This document shows, piece by piece, positions 25,210 through 37,157 of a stretch of 64,000 nt of DNA. The DNA is from Carcharhinus longimanus (taxonomy: Eukaryota). Position 1 is the first letter of the stretch; every line of letters starts with the position of its first letter. The translations under genes were made by a program, and so were the position numbers. The notes under the pieces are model-generated. The model did not search any database, was not told the origin of the DNA, and was given only the letters and a program-made list of their open reading frames with translations. The stretch is taken from NCBI GenBank assembly GCA_030264375.1, contig JASCQW010000190.1, forward strand, positions 15,987,528-16,051,527, written 5' to 3'.

Positions 25210-26050
25210 ACTGTGAATACTTACTGCCACCGTATAATGGGTTGGTCAGGTGGGCAGAAGTGGCATTTATGCAGAGCAAACAAAGAGAATACACAAAGGA
25301 TACAGAAACGCGTAGAGAACAAAGGGTCCTTGCCATGTCTATGGATTCTAGAAAGCAGCAGCAAAATACCCATTGCTGAAACCTCCGCATCGGTGACTTT
25401 TGACTGGACTAACTTGTACTGTGGCTAGAAGAACAGGTCAATCACTTGTGATGGTCACATCCCAAGTCACAAGGAAAGGTAGATGAGGTGGTTAATACAT
25501 GTGGCAAACTTTCATTATGAACTTATACATGCTAGAACGCTATAAAATATGCGTGAGGTGCAGCTGGAGTATTGTGCACAGTTTCGGTCCATTTTGGAAA
25601 AAGGGTACAGAGGGAATTTGCAGGAATTTTGCAAGGACTGGAGAGGTTAGGGTTGGGGTTAGGTGTTTTGAAACAGAGGGGGCAAGGGAAGATTTAATTA
25701 AAGTGTATATAACACTTGAGTCTCCAAGGAGATAATGGGCAGGGGCATAGATTTAAAGTGATTGGTGGAAGGATTAGAAGGGAGTTCAGAATTTCTCTTT
25801 CAACTAATGGGTGGTTGAAGTCTGGAATTAATTGCCTGCAAAGGGTGGTAGAGCTAGAAACCTTAGAATGCATGTTAAAGTTTGTTTTTTAAATGTGAAG
25901 TTGCTGTATCCTACAAGGCTATGGACCAAGAACTGGAAAGTGGGATGAGATATGATAGCTCTTATTCAACTGGCCCAGAGAGTGGGATAGCCTTCAACTG
26001 GCCTACACAGTGGGTCGAATGGAAGCCTCTGTGCTGTAAACTTCTGATAT
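25210..26050 (+). mobile_element. CR1 LINE 3' fragment
   Basis: ORF2 C-terminal remnants (LEYCAQF, EDLIKVY) and CR1 3' end gggtcgaatgg...tgtgctgtaaa. Confidence 0.7.
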
Positions 26051-27928
26051 TCTAATTCTTTGCAGAATGTGAACTGACCACACCTCTTCTATACTGGATG
26101 TATGTTCAGCTCAATCCTTGTATATTCCTTTTGTACTCTTTCTAATGAGATCACATCCTTCCTCTAACATATCCAGAACTATACGCAGTGGTATAGCTAT
26201 GACCTTGTGTTATATATAGTCCTATATGTGATGTATAGATTGCCATTGTACCAATCAGCCCAATAGCATACATTTAAAATAAGCAATGCAAATGTTACAA
26301 TCAAACTTTCAGAACAAATAGGGAAATGCATTAAACAACTTGCATCGCACAAGTTTCTGAAGTTCTTAATATTCTTTGTAATTGAACAGCAGTGAATGAC
26401 ACCATTTTAGACATTGCATGTTTAGTATATTGTCTCCTGTTCCTATGATAGCGATCTAATGGTCAGCTCTCATTCTGCATAGAACTATAAAGTCAGAAAT
26501 TTCCAAGAGGCAATCATTTGACCAAGGCCAACTGAATATATACTATCTATTCTCTTCTCACGTTCCATCTCTTGTTGGCAATGCACTGGTCTAAAATAAC
26601 ACAATTGTGCACTATCATAAAACATCATTGATTCCCTTAAACAGGTTACCATTATGGGCCTAAATTTCATAGAGACAAATTGCTTTTGGGGGAGGCCAAT
26701 ATAACTGATCCAACAACCTGGACAAAAACTCTTGGTTCCCAATGCTTTTTAGTATTATTGCCAAGTTAACATGCAAGAATACTCAAGTGTTATTGACCTT
26801 GTGAAGGTTCAACTTGTTTGCTAGGATAATGCATTTTATAAAGAGGGTGAACTTTGTACACTTTGTAACATTCCTGTTTAAATTTTTGTGCATGTAATCA
26901 TTTCCATTTCCCAATGGTTTTGAAAGTGAAGCTATGTGTTAGTTGGGAAGAAAAGGCTGGAAGTGAACAGCAGATTCTATAGTAGATAGTGCTTACCATA
27001 AAATGAGTCATATGTGCCAAATTGGAGCATAAGCTGTGCACAGGAAAGGCAGAAAAATAGTTGGATTTAGCAATGTGGTCATCCTTGTCTAGATATGTTT
27101 GTTATGTATGTGTGAGGAGCATAAAATTAATATACTAGCAAACTTTTTTTTTGCAACTGTTCTAGTAGTCACTAATCCATAAAGCATTTCATTATTTTTG
27201 ATATGCAGCTTAAATATTTATAGAACTCTTTGTCCTTCATATCATATTTTCCTGATATCTGTTTTTGAAATTGCTTTTGCAGGTTAGTTATTGGCTGTTC
27301 CAAATGCCCAACTTTTTTTCTTTAGAAATTCAGTTTTAATGTGCATGAAATTTTAGCTACAACTAATTAATTTGTGAAACATTCTGTTCAGAGTCCTTGA
27401 TTAACTGGGGTAATTTAATTCTACACCTATTCTAGAATTTTAAGGGAGACAGTCATGTAATGGACTAGTAATCCTGAGACCCAGGGTAATGTTCTGGAGA
27501 GATGGGTTCAAATCGCCCCATAGCAGATGTTGTAATTTGAATTCAATAAAAATCTGGAATTAAAGGTCTAATGGTGATCATGATATCATTGCCAAATGTA
27601 GCAAAGGCCTACCTGATTCACTAACGACCTTTTAGGGAGGGAAATCTGGAGTGACTCTAGACCCACAGCAATAAGATTGACTCTTAAATGCCCTCTGGAG
27701 TGGCCTGGCTGCCACTTAATTTTAGGGATGGACAGTAAAGACTGACCCAACCAGTGATATCCACGCCTCATGAACGAATATAAAGAATGAAATGGGAAAT
27801 TTATAACAAGTTGACTTGCTGATGTGCACTAGGATTACGAAATGCTTTGAAGTGTGGAGTGAACGTGTGCTGTTTTGAAATCTTTAGTTTTGTTATTCAC
27901 CAAGAGTCTTTTTTTTAATGTCTTGTAG

Positions 27929-28039
27929 AACTTTGCTAAGGAGTTTGTCATTTGTGACCACCAAGAGTTGGCCGAGGAATACATCAAACAAGAACTAGAG
28001 AAAACTGGAGGAGCCAATTATGATGCACAACTTGAATGA
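27929..28039 (+). CDS. COTL1: Coactosin-like protein, terminal coding exon
   Basis: Acceptor ttttttaatgtcttgtAG at 27927-27928. The 111 nt encode NFAKEFVICDHQELAEEYIKQELEKTGGANYDAQLE* (TGA 28037-28039), in phase with the upstream exon and matching the COTL1 C-terminus NFAKEFVIS...GGANYDAQ.E. Too short for the ORF track. Confidence 0.97.
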   Translation, partial: NFAKEFVICDHQELAEEYIKQELEKTGGANYDAQLE

Positions 28040-29000
28040 AGGGTATGGGCAACATTCGACCTGCTGCTTGGCTATAGGATGTGGAGAAAATTCGATGACC
28101 GTATAGTTGCATCTCTACCCACATCAACCCCAAGGGACTAGTAGTCACTCAGCTTCACGAATGCCCTCTTTAATTTAGTTTGGAGGTGCATGTATGAGTC
28201 CACCGGCACAGTCAAAAGCTTTTCATCAATTTGTTGGTTTGCCTTTTCTTTGTTTAAATTGTGGTTGACATAAATATTTGTTCCCAATGGTCCCAGGAGA
28301 AGATCTCTTATTTTGTTTCAAATTTTTATATGCAAGTTTGCCAAGGCTCCTTGTTCTGGAAACATGTTAAGTGGTGGGCATGGGGGAAGGGGGACCGATG
28401 ATGATGATGCATTCTCAAATAAATTTTTTTCAAAAATGAAGCCACTGGTGTTTTCTCAATACTTTGAACGAATCAAGAAATACAATTTATTAACCTTCAG
28501 AATCGTGCTTTATAAGACTTTATTGGCAATGGTTGCTGCAGCAACTGTAACCTGTTGGGACTGAGCTTTCTGGAATGAACTCGATATCTTCACAATCCAA
28601 TCCAATGACGTGATATTAGATTAATTTTGTCTCTGCACCACGATGGGAAACGGTTATCCAACTGATTGCTCTATTCAGTAATGTTGCTGAGCAAATTGGT
28701 AAAGTTCCAAGGATTTAGAGTTCAAATTCCATTCACTGATGTGTAGAAGCTGAAAGTTGAACGACGTGAGCTATTGCCAATTATCCATTTATTAGAAATG
28801 GACAGTATCATCCTGGTGTCTTGGTGTTCAAAAATCCATTTGCATTTAAGCTGAACTTGAGGCCTTCCTGATTTTTTCCTCAGTTATGATTTTGTGTTTA
28901 TAGATGCCTGATGAATGGTTGTTCAGGAACTGGCCTTATAACCATTGTTACTGGATTTCTGTGCATCAATGGTATTAAAGTGTCAATCAAGAACACTTTC
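28040..29000 (+). promoter_or_regulatory. COTL1: Probable COTL1 3' UTR with candidate poly(A) signals (AATAAA ~28418; ATTAAA 28974-28979)
   Basis: Repeat-free, AT-rich ~1-kb block after the stop codon, ending before TE sequence resumes at ~29290. The actual cleavage site cannot be determined from sequence. Confidence 0.55.
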
Positions 29001-30582
29001 CCTTTATGCTTCAAACAAATATTGTACAGTGATTGAGAGAGGTTAGTTACAGTCTTTATTTGGTTAAATAAGCGATTTTGATTAGCTGGTAAACAAGTGC
29101 CATCCTGAAGGGGCTCTCTATGCTTCTCTTCATCGTATTACAAACTCCATCTCCCAAGGGACAATTGACAGCCATCTTGGATACGGTAATGACCTGTAGA
29201 GGGAGAAAAGAAAGAAAATTGGGCCTGGTATGCATACCAAATCCAGATAAGGGTGCCTTGCAGCAACAATAATAACACACTTTTATAATAGTAAAACACC
29301 CTAAGGTAGTCCTTCAGGAGCACTATCAAACAAAATTTAATAGACCCCAAGATATTAGGACAGCTGAACAAAAGCATTAGGTTATGAGGAGGAGAGCAAG
29401 GAAGACAAGTTTGGCATAGGAATTCCAAAGCTTAGAACCTCGGCAGCTACAGGGGAAAAACATTATAAATTGAGGTAGCCTAAAAGGCTAGAACTGGAAT
29501 ACAGAGAAGGGTAGTAGGGCTGGCAGACATTAGTCACTGTTAAAAATATAGGGTCACCCATTTAAACTGATGAGGCAAAAATATTTTCACCAAAGGTTGG
29601 GATCTTCGGAAGTCTTCATGAAAAGGCAGTGGAAGCAGAGACTTTGAATACCCTTAAGGCAGAGATGGATAGATTCTTGGGGATAGGGTTATCGGGGAGT
29701 TGGTGGGTTTGAGGTTACTATGAGATCAGCCATGATTTTATTAAATGGTGGAACAGGCTTGAGGGCCTGAATGGCCTACTGCTCCATGTTTGTCTTTTAA
29801 AATTGGGGCTTTACCAAGATGATGGGAAAACAGCACTTGCTGTGACATAGAATATGGAGAGCAGAGTTTTGGATGAGCTCTACTTTATGGAGTGTGTCAG
29901 ATGGGAGAGTGTTGGAATAGTAAACAAAGGCACAGATGAGGTGCGATAGCAGCAGCATTCAGTACGGTCCGTGGCTACATAGCAAAGCTGCAAGAATTAC
30001 AGAATGATCTGTCCTTTTTGCTCACAGATCAAGCAGTTAACAATTCTCTATGCTACCAGTCAATTTGGGTAAGTGCAATCAGGCAACCAAAGAATTGATG
30101 CAGAGAAACAAGGGTCAAGGCTCAGCTGCAAAAGTTTCAGTTCATAACCAAAACATCAAACCTGTTCTTGTTATCAAACTATATATAAGCAATAATGACA
30201 TCATAGACAAGTTGTCAACAGCTAATGATTCCATTTGTCACCGTACATCGCATTGCAGTTCCTTCTGGAGAAATGCCAGATCCTTGAAGCTTTGCGTGGA
30301 TAGTGACATTAGAGTATTGCTGCAAATGGTGATAGTGAGATGGAATGTGATGCTTTTGGCTCAGTCTATATTCTTTGTTTAGGCTTGTCTGGTTACTCAT
30401 AGGAATCCACACAATGTTGATAACCTTTAAAGGTATATTCTTAACTGGAGTATTTCACTAATCCAGCCATTACAGATCTAATTGGACCTCTTCAGCAGGG
30501 GTCCATCTCGATTATACCTCTGTCGATATTGAAGTTTAGCATTTTGGTTGCCACCCAGTGTCAAACTAGATTGAGTCGATGT

Positions 30583-30911
30583 ATTTATATAGATGACCTG
30601 GAGGAGGGACCCGAGTGTAGGGTGTCGAAATTTGCTGATGACACCAAGATTGGTGGAACGACAAATTGTGCGGAGGGTGTGGAGAGTCTACAGAAGGATC
30701 TAGATAGGCTGGGCGAATGGGCCAGGAAATGGCAAATGNNNNNNNNNNNNNNNNNNNNNNNNNNNNNNNNNNNNNNNNNNNNNNNNNNNNNNNNNNNNNN
30801 NNNNNNNNNNNNNNNNNNNNNNNNNNNNNNNNNNNNNNTATTGAATGGCGGGGCAGGCTCGAAGGGCTAGATGGCCTACTCCTGCTCCTATTTCTTATGT
30901 TCTTATGTTCT
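30583..30911 (+). mobile_element. Young CR1 LINE (collapsed at gap); sister copies at 35563-35810(+) and 43773-43846(-)
   Basis: IYIDDLEEG...SKFADDTKIGG...LGEWARKWQM; identical tails ggcggggcaggctcgaagggc...(tgttctta)n; CpGs retained. Confidence 0.9.
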
Positions 30912-32768
30912 TAACGTGCAAAGATTTCATTTTTGTTTTGTCATCATCAATGACATTTCTGAAGGAGGACCTGTACCATTTGATAGCCAGAATGTGAAAT
31001 CTGAAGTTCAAGTTCAAACCAGACTTTGAGGCCTGAATCTTCTTGCAAGTGGAGAGGCTGTCTTGATCATGGTTTAAATTGCGATGGGTGCCTGAATCCA
31101 CAAGTCCTGCCAACAAACTTGGTCTCTTCTATTCCTGAGGGGGGGCGAAGGAGGAATGGGGGTAGGCCACACTTTAGACATGTTTCACAGAGGAAACTAC
31201 AGATCTATTGAAAAGAGTGAGTGGGACATTCAACTTGTTCACTTTAGACTTCGTAAGAGAAGGTCTAAAGTTTGCAGAGTTACTTTAAGAGGGAAAGTAC
31301 CTTTTTGGAGAGGTCAACATCCATGTGGGATTGTTGAAAGAAGACTTGGATGTGCTTCAAAAGGTGGATAAACTCATAGTTGTCAAACCATTAAATCTGG
31401 CCTTATCAGTGCTCATTATCATTTCATATTATTGAGATAAGCCTGGGGGTTTTTATTATAGGATTTGTGCTATCACTGCAGGATTGATTCCACAATCTAT
31501 CATAGTGGGGTGCCAATCAGTTAGCGGTTTGACAGCTTCAAGTGTTTATCAAGGCTTTGTGGACTTGCGAATACAAAGGATTGTTTTAAGGGATTAAGTG
31601 GTGGAAGGAATTTCAACGTAGTAAGTGGATTTTATCACTTGGATTTGATGCTGGCTGAGATGGCGTGGAAGCTGTGAGGGCAAAGTGTGGTGAATTGGAG
31701 CATGTATTGGTGCCAAGGGACATGGCGCTATAAAGGGCATGATGTGTGTGGGCTGAGGGATGGGACAAAGTGCTGGATTATCAAGGCCAGCCTTTTACCC
31801 AGGTCTCCTGTGCACTCGGTAGCCCCTATGCTGCCTCCTAACCATTTCAGTGGCTGGGGGGCCCGGATCCCAGTATACCCATCACAAGCGCACACCCCAC
31901 CCCCAAGAAGGAAAATGAGAAATTCCGAGGCCAGTTTTCAGGAGCCTAGAATTCTGCAGTTATTGTTAGTGCATTATGAGAGACCGCTTTGGATCTGGAC
32001 TCTTATTTAAAATTTGATGTTAATTCCCATGTTTTCCTTCACATTTGATGCAAGAANNNNNNNNNNAAGAATTCACAGATACAGGCCAGTCAGCCTGACT
32101 GGTCTCTGTCTGTATTCAAGCTCTATACAAGTCGATCTGCATATCCTGTCAAAGGACCTTTTATAATTTGCCAAACTTGCATCGCTGAAGTCTCTCTCAT
32201 GTATTTTTTTTGGATTGCAGCAACTGTTGTGCAGGCAAAGGAAATACGTTGAGCAAAATACAATGCGCAATTGAAATAAACTGATGTTAATTTGTAGCTG
32301 ATTTCAATTAACCTTGATAAACCTAGCTGTAGCTTAAAGGTGAATTTGAATAAAAAGGTTTTAAGTTATAATTCTGGTGGCTAGAGTGAGTTGAATTACT
32401 GTTGTCTGTTTAGATTGTGCATGTATTGACCTGGTAGCAATCTGATACCTTTAGCGCAATCAATCTATTTGATCTCATTTGTAATCCCTGAAAGAACTGC
32501 AGTGAACAAATTAAACTTCAAATTGTTTCACCAATGCTTTACACAATGCTAATAAATCAAATTGAACAGATTCTATTTTGTTGTGGAAGTTAATCAAGTT
32601 CACATTTTTTGCAAGTGTTTTACAATGGAAAAAGTGTCCTTAATTTCTCCACAGGTACTTAGCTAAACGTTAAGGGAAAAGAAAAATGTTCACAAGGGAT
32701 TTTTGCCATTTTCTAAAAAAATTCACACTGTAGCTTGCCTTTCTCATTTCTGCCTATGCTGTCAGACA

Positions 32769-33073
32769 TGGTTATGGTGGCACAATGGTGAGCACTGTTG
32801 CCCACTGCACGAGGATCCAGGTTCGGTTCCCAGCTTGAGTCACTGTCTGTGGCCAGCCCGCACATTCTCCCCGTGCCTGCATGGGTTTCCTCCTGGTGCT
32901 CTGGTTTCCCTCACTGTCCAAAGATGTGCTGGTTAGGTGCATTGGCCATGCTAAATTCTCCCTCAGTGTACGCGAACAAGCGCCGGAGTGTGGCGACTAG
33001 GGGGTTTTCTAAGTAACTTCATTGCAGTGTGAATGTAAGCCTACTTGTGACCAATAAATAAATAAATAAACTT
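32769..33073 (+). mobile_element. V-SINE, type-2 tail; others at 41080-41329(-) and a tail-only copy at 40275-40340(+)
   Basis: HE1 core followed by aaattctccctcagtgtacgcgaacaagcgccggagtgtggcgactagggg...aagcctacttgtgaccaataaa. Confidence 0.88.
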
Positions 33074-33089
33074 AAGCTGTAGATCAAAC

Positions 33090-35060
33090 CATAAAAGATA
33101 GGAGCAGGAGTAAGCCATATGCCCCTTTGAAACCTCCTCTAACATTCAATAAGATTGTGGCTTTAACTCCACTATTCTGCCTGTACCACACACTCATTGC
33201 CCCCCCCAGCTGAACTGAGACTCCCTTGTCAATCAAAAATCTATCAAAACTTGGTCTTGAATATATTCAATGATCACTGCTAATGACCATCTGAAAGAAA
33301 AAAAACCTCTTCCTCTTCATCTTAAATGGGAGAATCCTCATTTTGAAACTGCCCCCATTCTCGATTCTCCTATAGGTGGAAACAGCCACTCAGCATCCAC
33401 CTATCGGATTATTATATATTTCAATAAGATCACCTCTCATTCTTGCACACAGCTCGAATCTGCTCAACATTTNNNNNNNNNNNNNNNNNNNNNNNNNNNN
33501 NNNNNNNNNNNNNNNNNNNNNNNNNNNNNNNNNNNNNNNNNNNNNNNNNNNNNNNNNNNNNNNNNNNNNNNNTATAGGATTATGATATATTTCAATAAGA
33601 TCACCTCTCATTCTTGCACACAGCTCCAATCTTCTCAACATTTCCTCTGTAAGACAAACCCCTCATCTCAGGAATCAGGCTAATGAACCTTCTCTGAACT
33701 GCTTTCAATGTCCCTCAAGTAAGGTGGCCAAAACTGTACTCCATGTGCAAAACCACCAATGCCCTAGAAGAGTTGTAGCAAGACTTCCAAATTCTAAATC
33801 CATTTGCCTTCCTAATGACTTGTACTTGCATGCTGATTTTGTTTTATGACGCATGCACAATGACACCCAGATCCCTCTGTACTGCAGCATTCTGTAGCCT
33901 CTCCATTTAAAATGGGGGAAGATGATGGCATGGTGGTAATGCTAATAGACTCATAATCCAGAGTCCCAGACTAACGTTTTGAGGGCATGTGTTCAAATCC
34001 CATCATGGCATCTGGTGGAATTTGAATTCAAACTAGTCACATCAATGGTGAATGTGAAACTATTTTCGATTATTGTAAAAATCCATCTGGTTCACCAATG
34101 CCCTTTAAGGGAGGAAATCTGTCATATTTACCTGGTCTGGTCCATATTTGACTCCAGGCTCAAACAATGTAGTTGACTCGTAACTGCTCTCTGAAATGGC
34201 CTAGTAAGCCATTTGGTTCAAGGGCAATTCAGGATGGGCAACAAATCACCTTGCCAGGGTAGCCCACATTTCATAAAAGAATAAATTAAATTGTTTTAGA
34301 AATTCGGCTTTTCTATTCTTCCTGCCAAGTGGACAATCTCACATTTTCCCATGTTGTACAGCATCTGTCAAATTTTTGCCCACTCACAACCTATCTATAT
34401 CTCTTTGATAAATCTTTGTATCCTCTGCAGAACTTGTTTTCCTACCAATTTTCATATCATCAGCAAATATGGTTGCAATACAATCTGTCCTTTCGTCCAA
34501 GCCATTAATATAAATAATTGAGGCCCCAGCACTGACTCCTATGACATTCTACTGGTTACAGTTTGCCACCCTGAAAATTACCGATATATTCTGATCCTGT
34601 TTTCTGCTAGCCAGTTCTCTATCCATGCTAATATATCACCTTATCTAATGCCTTTTGGGATCTGAATGCACAACATCTACTAGTTCCTGTGTATTCACTC
34701 TCCTTGTTTGCATCCTCAAAAAATTCTAATAAATTTGTCAAACACTTATTTATCTTTCATGAAACTATTTTGATCCTGCCTGACAATATTATGATTTTAA
34801 ATATCCTGCTGACCATCTCATCATAATGGATTTTAGCATCTTCCCAATGACAGGCATTAGATTAATTGGTCTATAGTTACCTCTTTCTGTCTCCCTTTCT
34901 TTAATAGTGGTGCCACGTTTGCAGTTTTTCACTCAACTGGGACCTTAATGGAATCTTGAGAATTTTGGCAGATTATAACCAATGCATCCATTATCTCTGT
35001 AGCCACTTCTTTTAATACCTGAGGACAGGGGCAATTAGCTGCAGGGCAATTATCAGCTTT
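33090..35060 (-). mobile_element. CR1 LINE 3' part, interrupted by a SINE at 33915-34290
   Basis: RMRGDLIE, FADD and NYRPI.L motifs on the minus strand in CR1 order. Confidence 0.8.
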
Positions 35061-36477
35061 AAGTTTTCCCATTACTTACCTATTTGGTCACGAACACTTA
35101 ATAAGAGAGTTATAATGTAGCATGGCAACTGAAGACTGAGTGAAGGAGGCAGAGATATTTTGACACCTGCACTATTCGAGTACACAACTTATTGAATGAG
35201 ACAAATCTCTCGAGGTGGAAATAATCTCGGGGTAAAACTTGCTGCATTACGTGCAAACCTGTTCAACAATAAAAGAGTTGCGGAAAACATATTGCTTGCA
35301 AGGCAGAAGTTGGCTCAACCTGCAGCTTTATGTCAGGTGATATCAGATTTCCAGATTCAAGTACTCTGGAAGAAATAATGGAACATATGATTTCAAGAAT
35401 CTCTTTATATCTATTTGAAAATCTTGATTAGTGGTTTGCTTTTTTGAGGTTGTTATGACCTGCTTTTACTGAGCCCGCTACATTAGTATATTTGTTGTGT
35501 TTTGTTTTCTCCTATTCTCCCATTCCTCCTTAACTTAATATCCTTGTTATCAGCAGGCGACGGTGCAGAGGGACCTCGGGGTCATTGTGCATGAGTCGCA
35601 AAAACCCAGCTAGCAGGTGGNNNNNNNNNNNNNNNNNNNNNNNNNNNNNNNNNNNNNNNNNNNNNNNNNNNNNNNNNNNNNNNNNNNNNNNNNNNNNNNN
35701 NNNNNNNNNNNNNNNNNNNNGAATGGCGGGGCAGGCTCGAAGGGCTAGATGGCCTACTCCTGCTCCTATTTCTTATGTTTCTTATGTTCTTATGTTCTTA
35801 TGTTCTTATCTTCTTTCCAGGGTCAAATGGTCTTATCCAAGGCATGATAGTACATTTTGATATTTCAGATTGTTCTTTGATTTAGAATATAATGTTACAA
35901 ATGTTGAGGCCTTATACCTTTCAGCCAGTAAAACTGGATTCAAATCCCATCCCAGCTCTTGATAGGCAACACAACCAAACAGATTGAGTATCGGCCTGCA
36001 AATCCTTCCAAAATAGGGCAATGGCAGATGATAAAAGTGGGAGGCATTGCTGCTGGGAATGTGATGGAAAGGAAGTTGGAGCTTCTATCATCACTATCCA
36101 AAGATAAGACTGCAACATACATCTTAAAAGAATACATTACCACAGTAACTTGGACTCTGTGACTGATCTGTAACACACCATTACCACTATAAGTATTGAT
36201 TTTCTAGATCAATCTTATCTTGTGAAATTTGCATTCTTGTAGATCAATAGTACTGTTTGCATATTGTGCTAATTCTGTTGTTTTTGATGTTATCTGTCAT
36301 GAGTTCCAGTTCATCAACATCCAAAGGCATGTTCCAGTCTCATTTATAAAACATTGTCCAGCTATCATCATTTTTCTTTAAATGGTCTATGGATATCTCT
36401 ATAATGTCCAGATAAATATGGTAGTGAATATTTCTTCCTCCCTCTCCTTTAGGAGTAAAACTAAAAGTGGCATACTG

Positions 36478-37157
36478 AAAGTGGCAATGCAGGCGGAGAA
36501 GATAATCAAGAAGACATATGACACGCTTGCCTTCATCGGTCGGGACAATGAGGTTAAAAGTTGGCAAGTCATGTAACAGCTTTATAGAACCTTAGTTAGG
36601 CTGCATTTGGAATATAGTGTTCAATTCTGGTTGCCACACTACCAGAAGGATGTNNNNNNNNNNNNNNNNNNNNNNNNNNNNNNNNNNNNNNNNNNNNNNN
36701 NNNNNNNNNNNNNNNNNNNNNNNNNNNNNNNNNNNNNNNNNNNNNNNNNNNNNNNNNNNNNNNNNNNNNNNNNNNNNNNNNNNNNNNNNNNNNNNNNNNN
36801 NNNNNNNNNNNNNNNNNNNNNNNNNNNNNNNNNNNNNNNNNNNNNNNNNNNNNNNNNNNNNNNNNNNNNNNNNNNNNNNNNNNNNNNNNNNNNNNNNNNN
36901 NNNNNNNNNNNNNNNNNNNNNNNNNNNNNNNNNNNNNNNNNNNNNNNNNNNNNNNNNNNNNNNNNNNNNNNNNNNNNNNNNNNNNNNNNNNNNNNNNNNN
37001 NNGGAGTCTTGACAAATACATGAATAGGATGGGAATAGAGGGATATGTTCCCTGGAAGGGTAGGGGGTTTTAGTTAAGTCGGGCAGCATGGTCAGTGCAG
37101 TCTTGGAGGGCTGAAAGGCCTGTTCCTGTGCTGTAATTTTCTTTGTTCTTTGTTCTA
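36478..37157 (+). mobile_element. CR1/HER1 LINE 3' fragment spanning a gap
   Basis: LEYSVQFWLPHYQKD and 3' end ggcctgttcctgtgctgtaa(ttctttg)n. Confidence 0.85.

Larger units (their letters stand above)
1801..27928 (+). other. COTL1: COTL1 last intron (~26.1 kb, GT-AG), TE-rich
   Basis: GT at 1801 and AG at 27927-27928 join VVQ to NFAK with no missing residues relative to the known protein. Confidence 0.93.

Noticed and set aside
30050-30382. 110-aa ORF downstream of COTL1 as an exon of a neighbouring gene such as MEAK7
   Set aside because: No recognisable homology and no convincing splice boundaries.
33395-33642. Direct repeats flanking 100-N gaps (33400/33573; also 24686/24813)
   Set aside because: Same sequence on both sides of a fixed-size scaffold gap; most simply unmerged contig overlaps or haplotypes.
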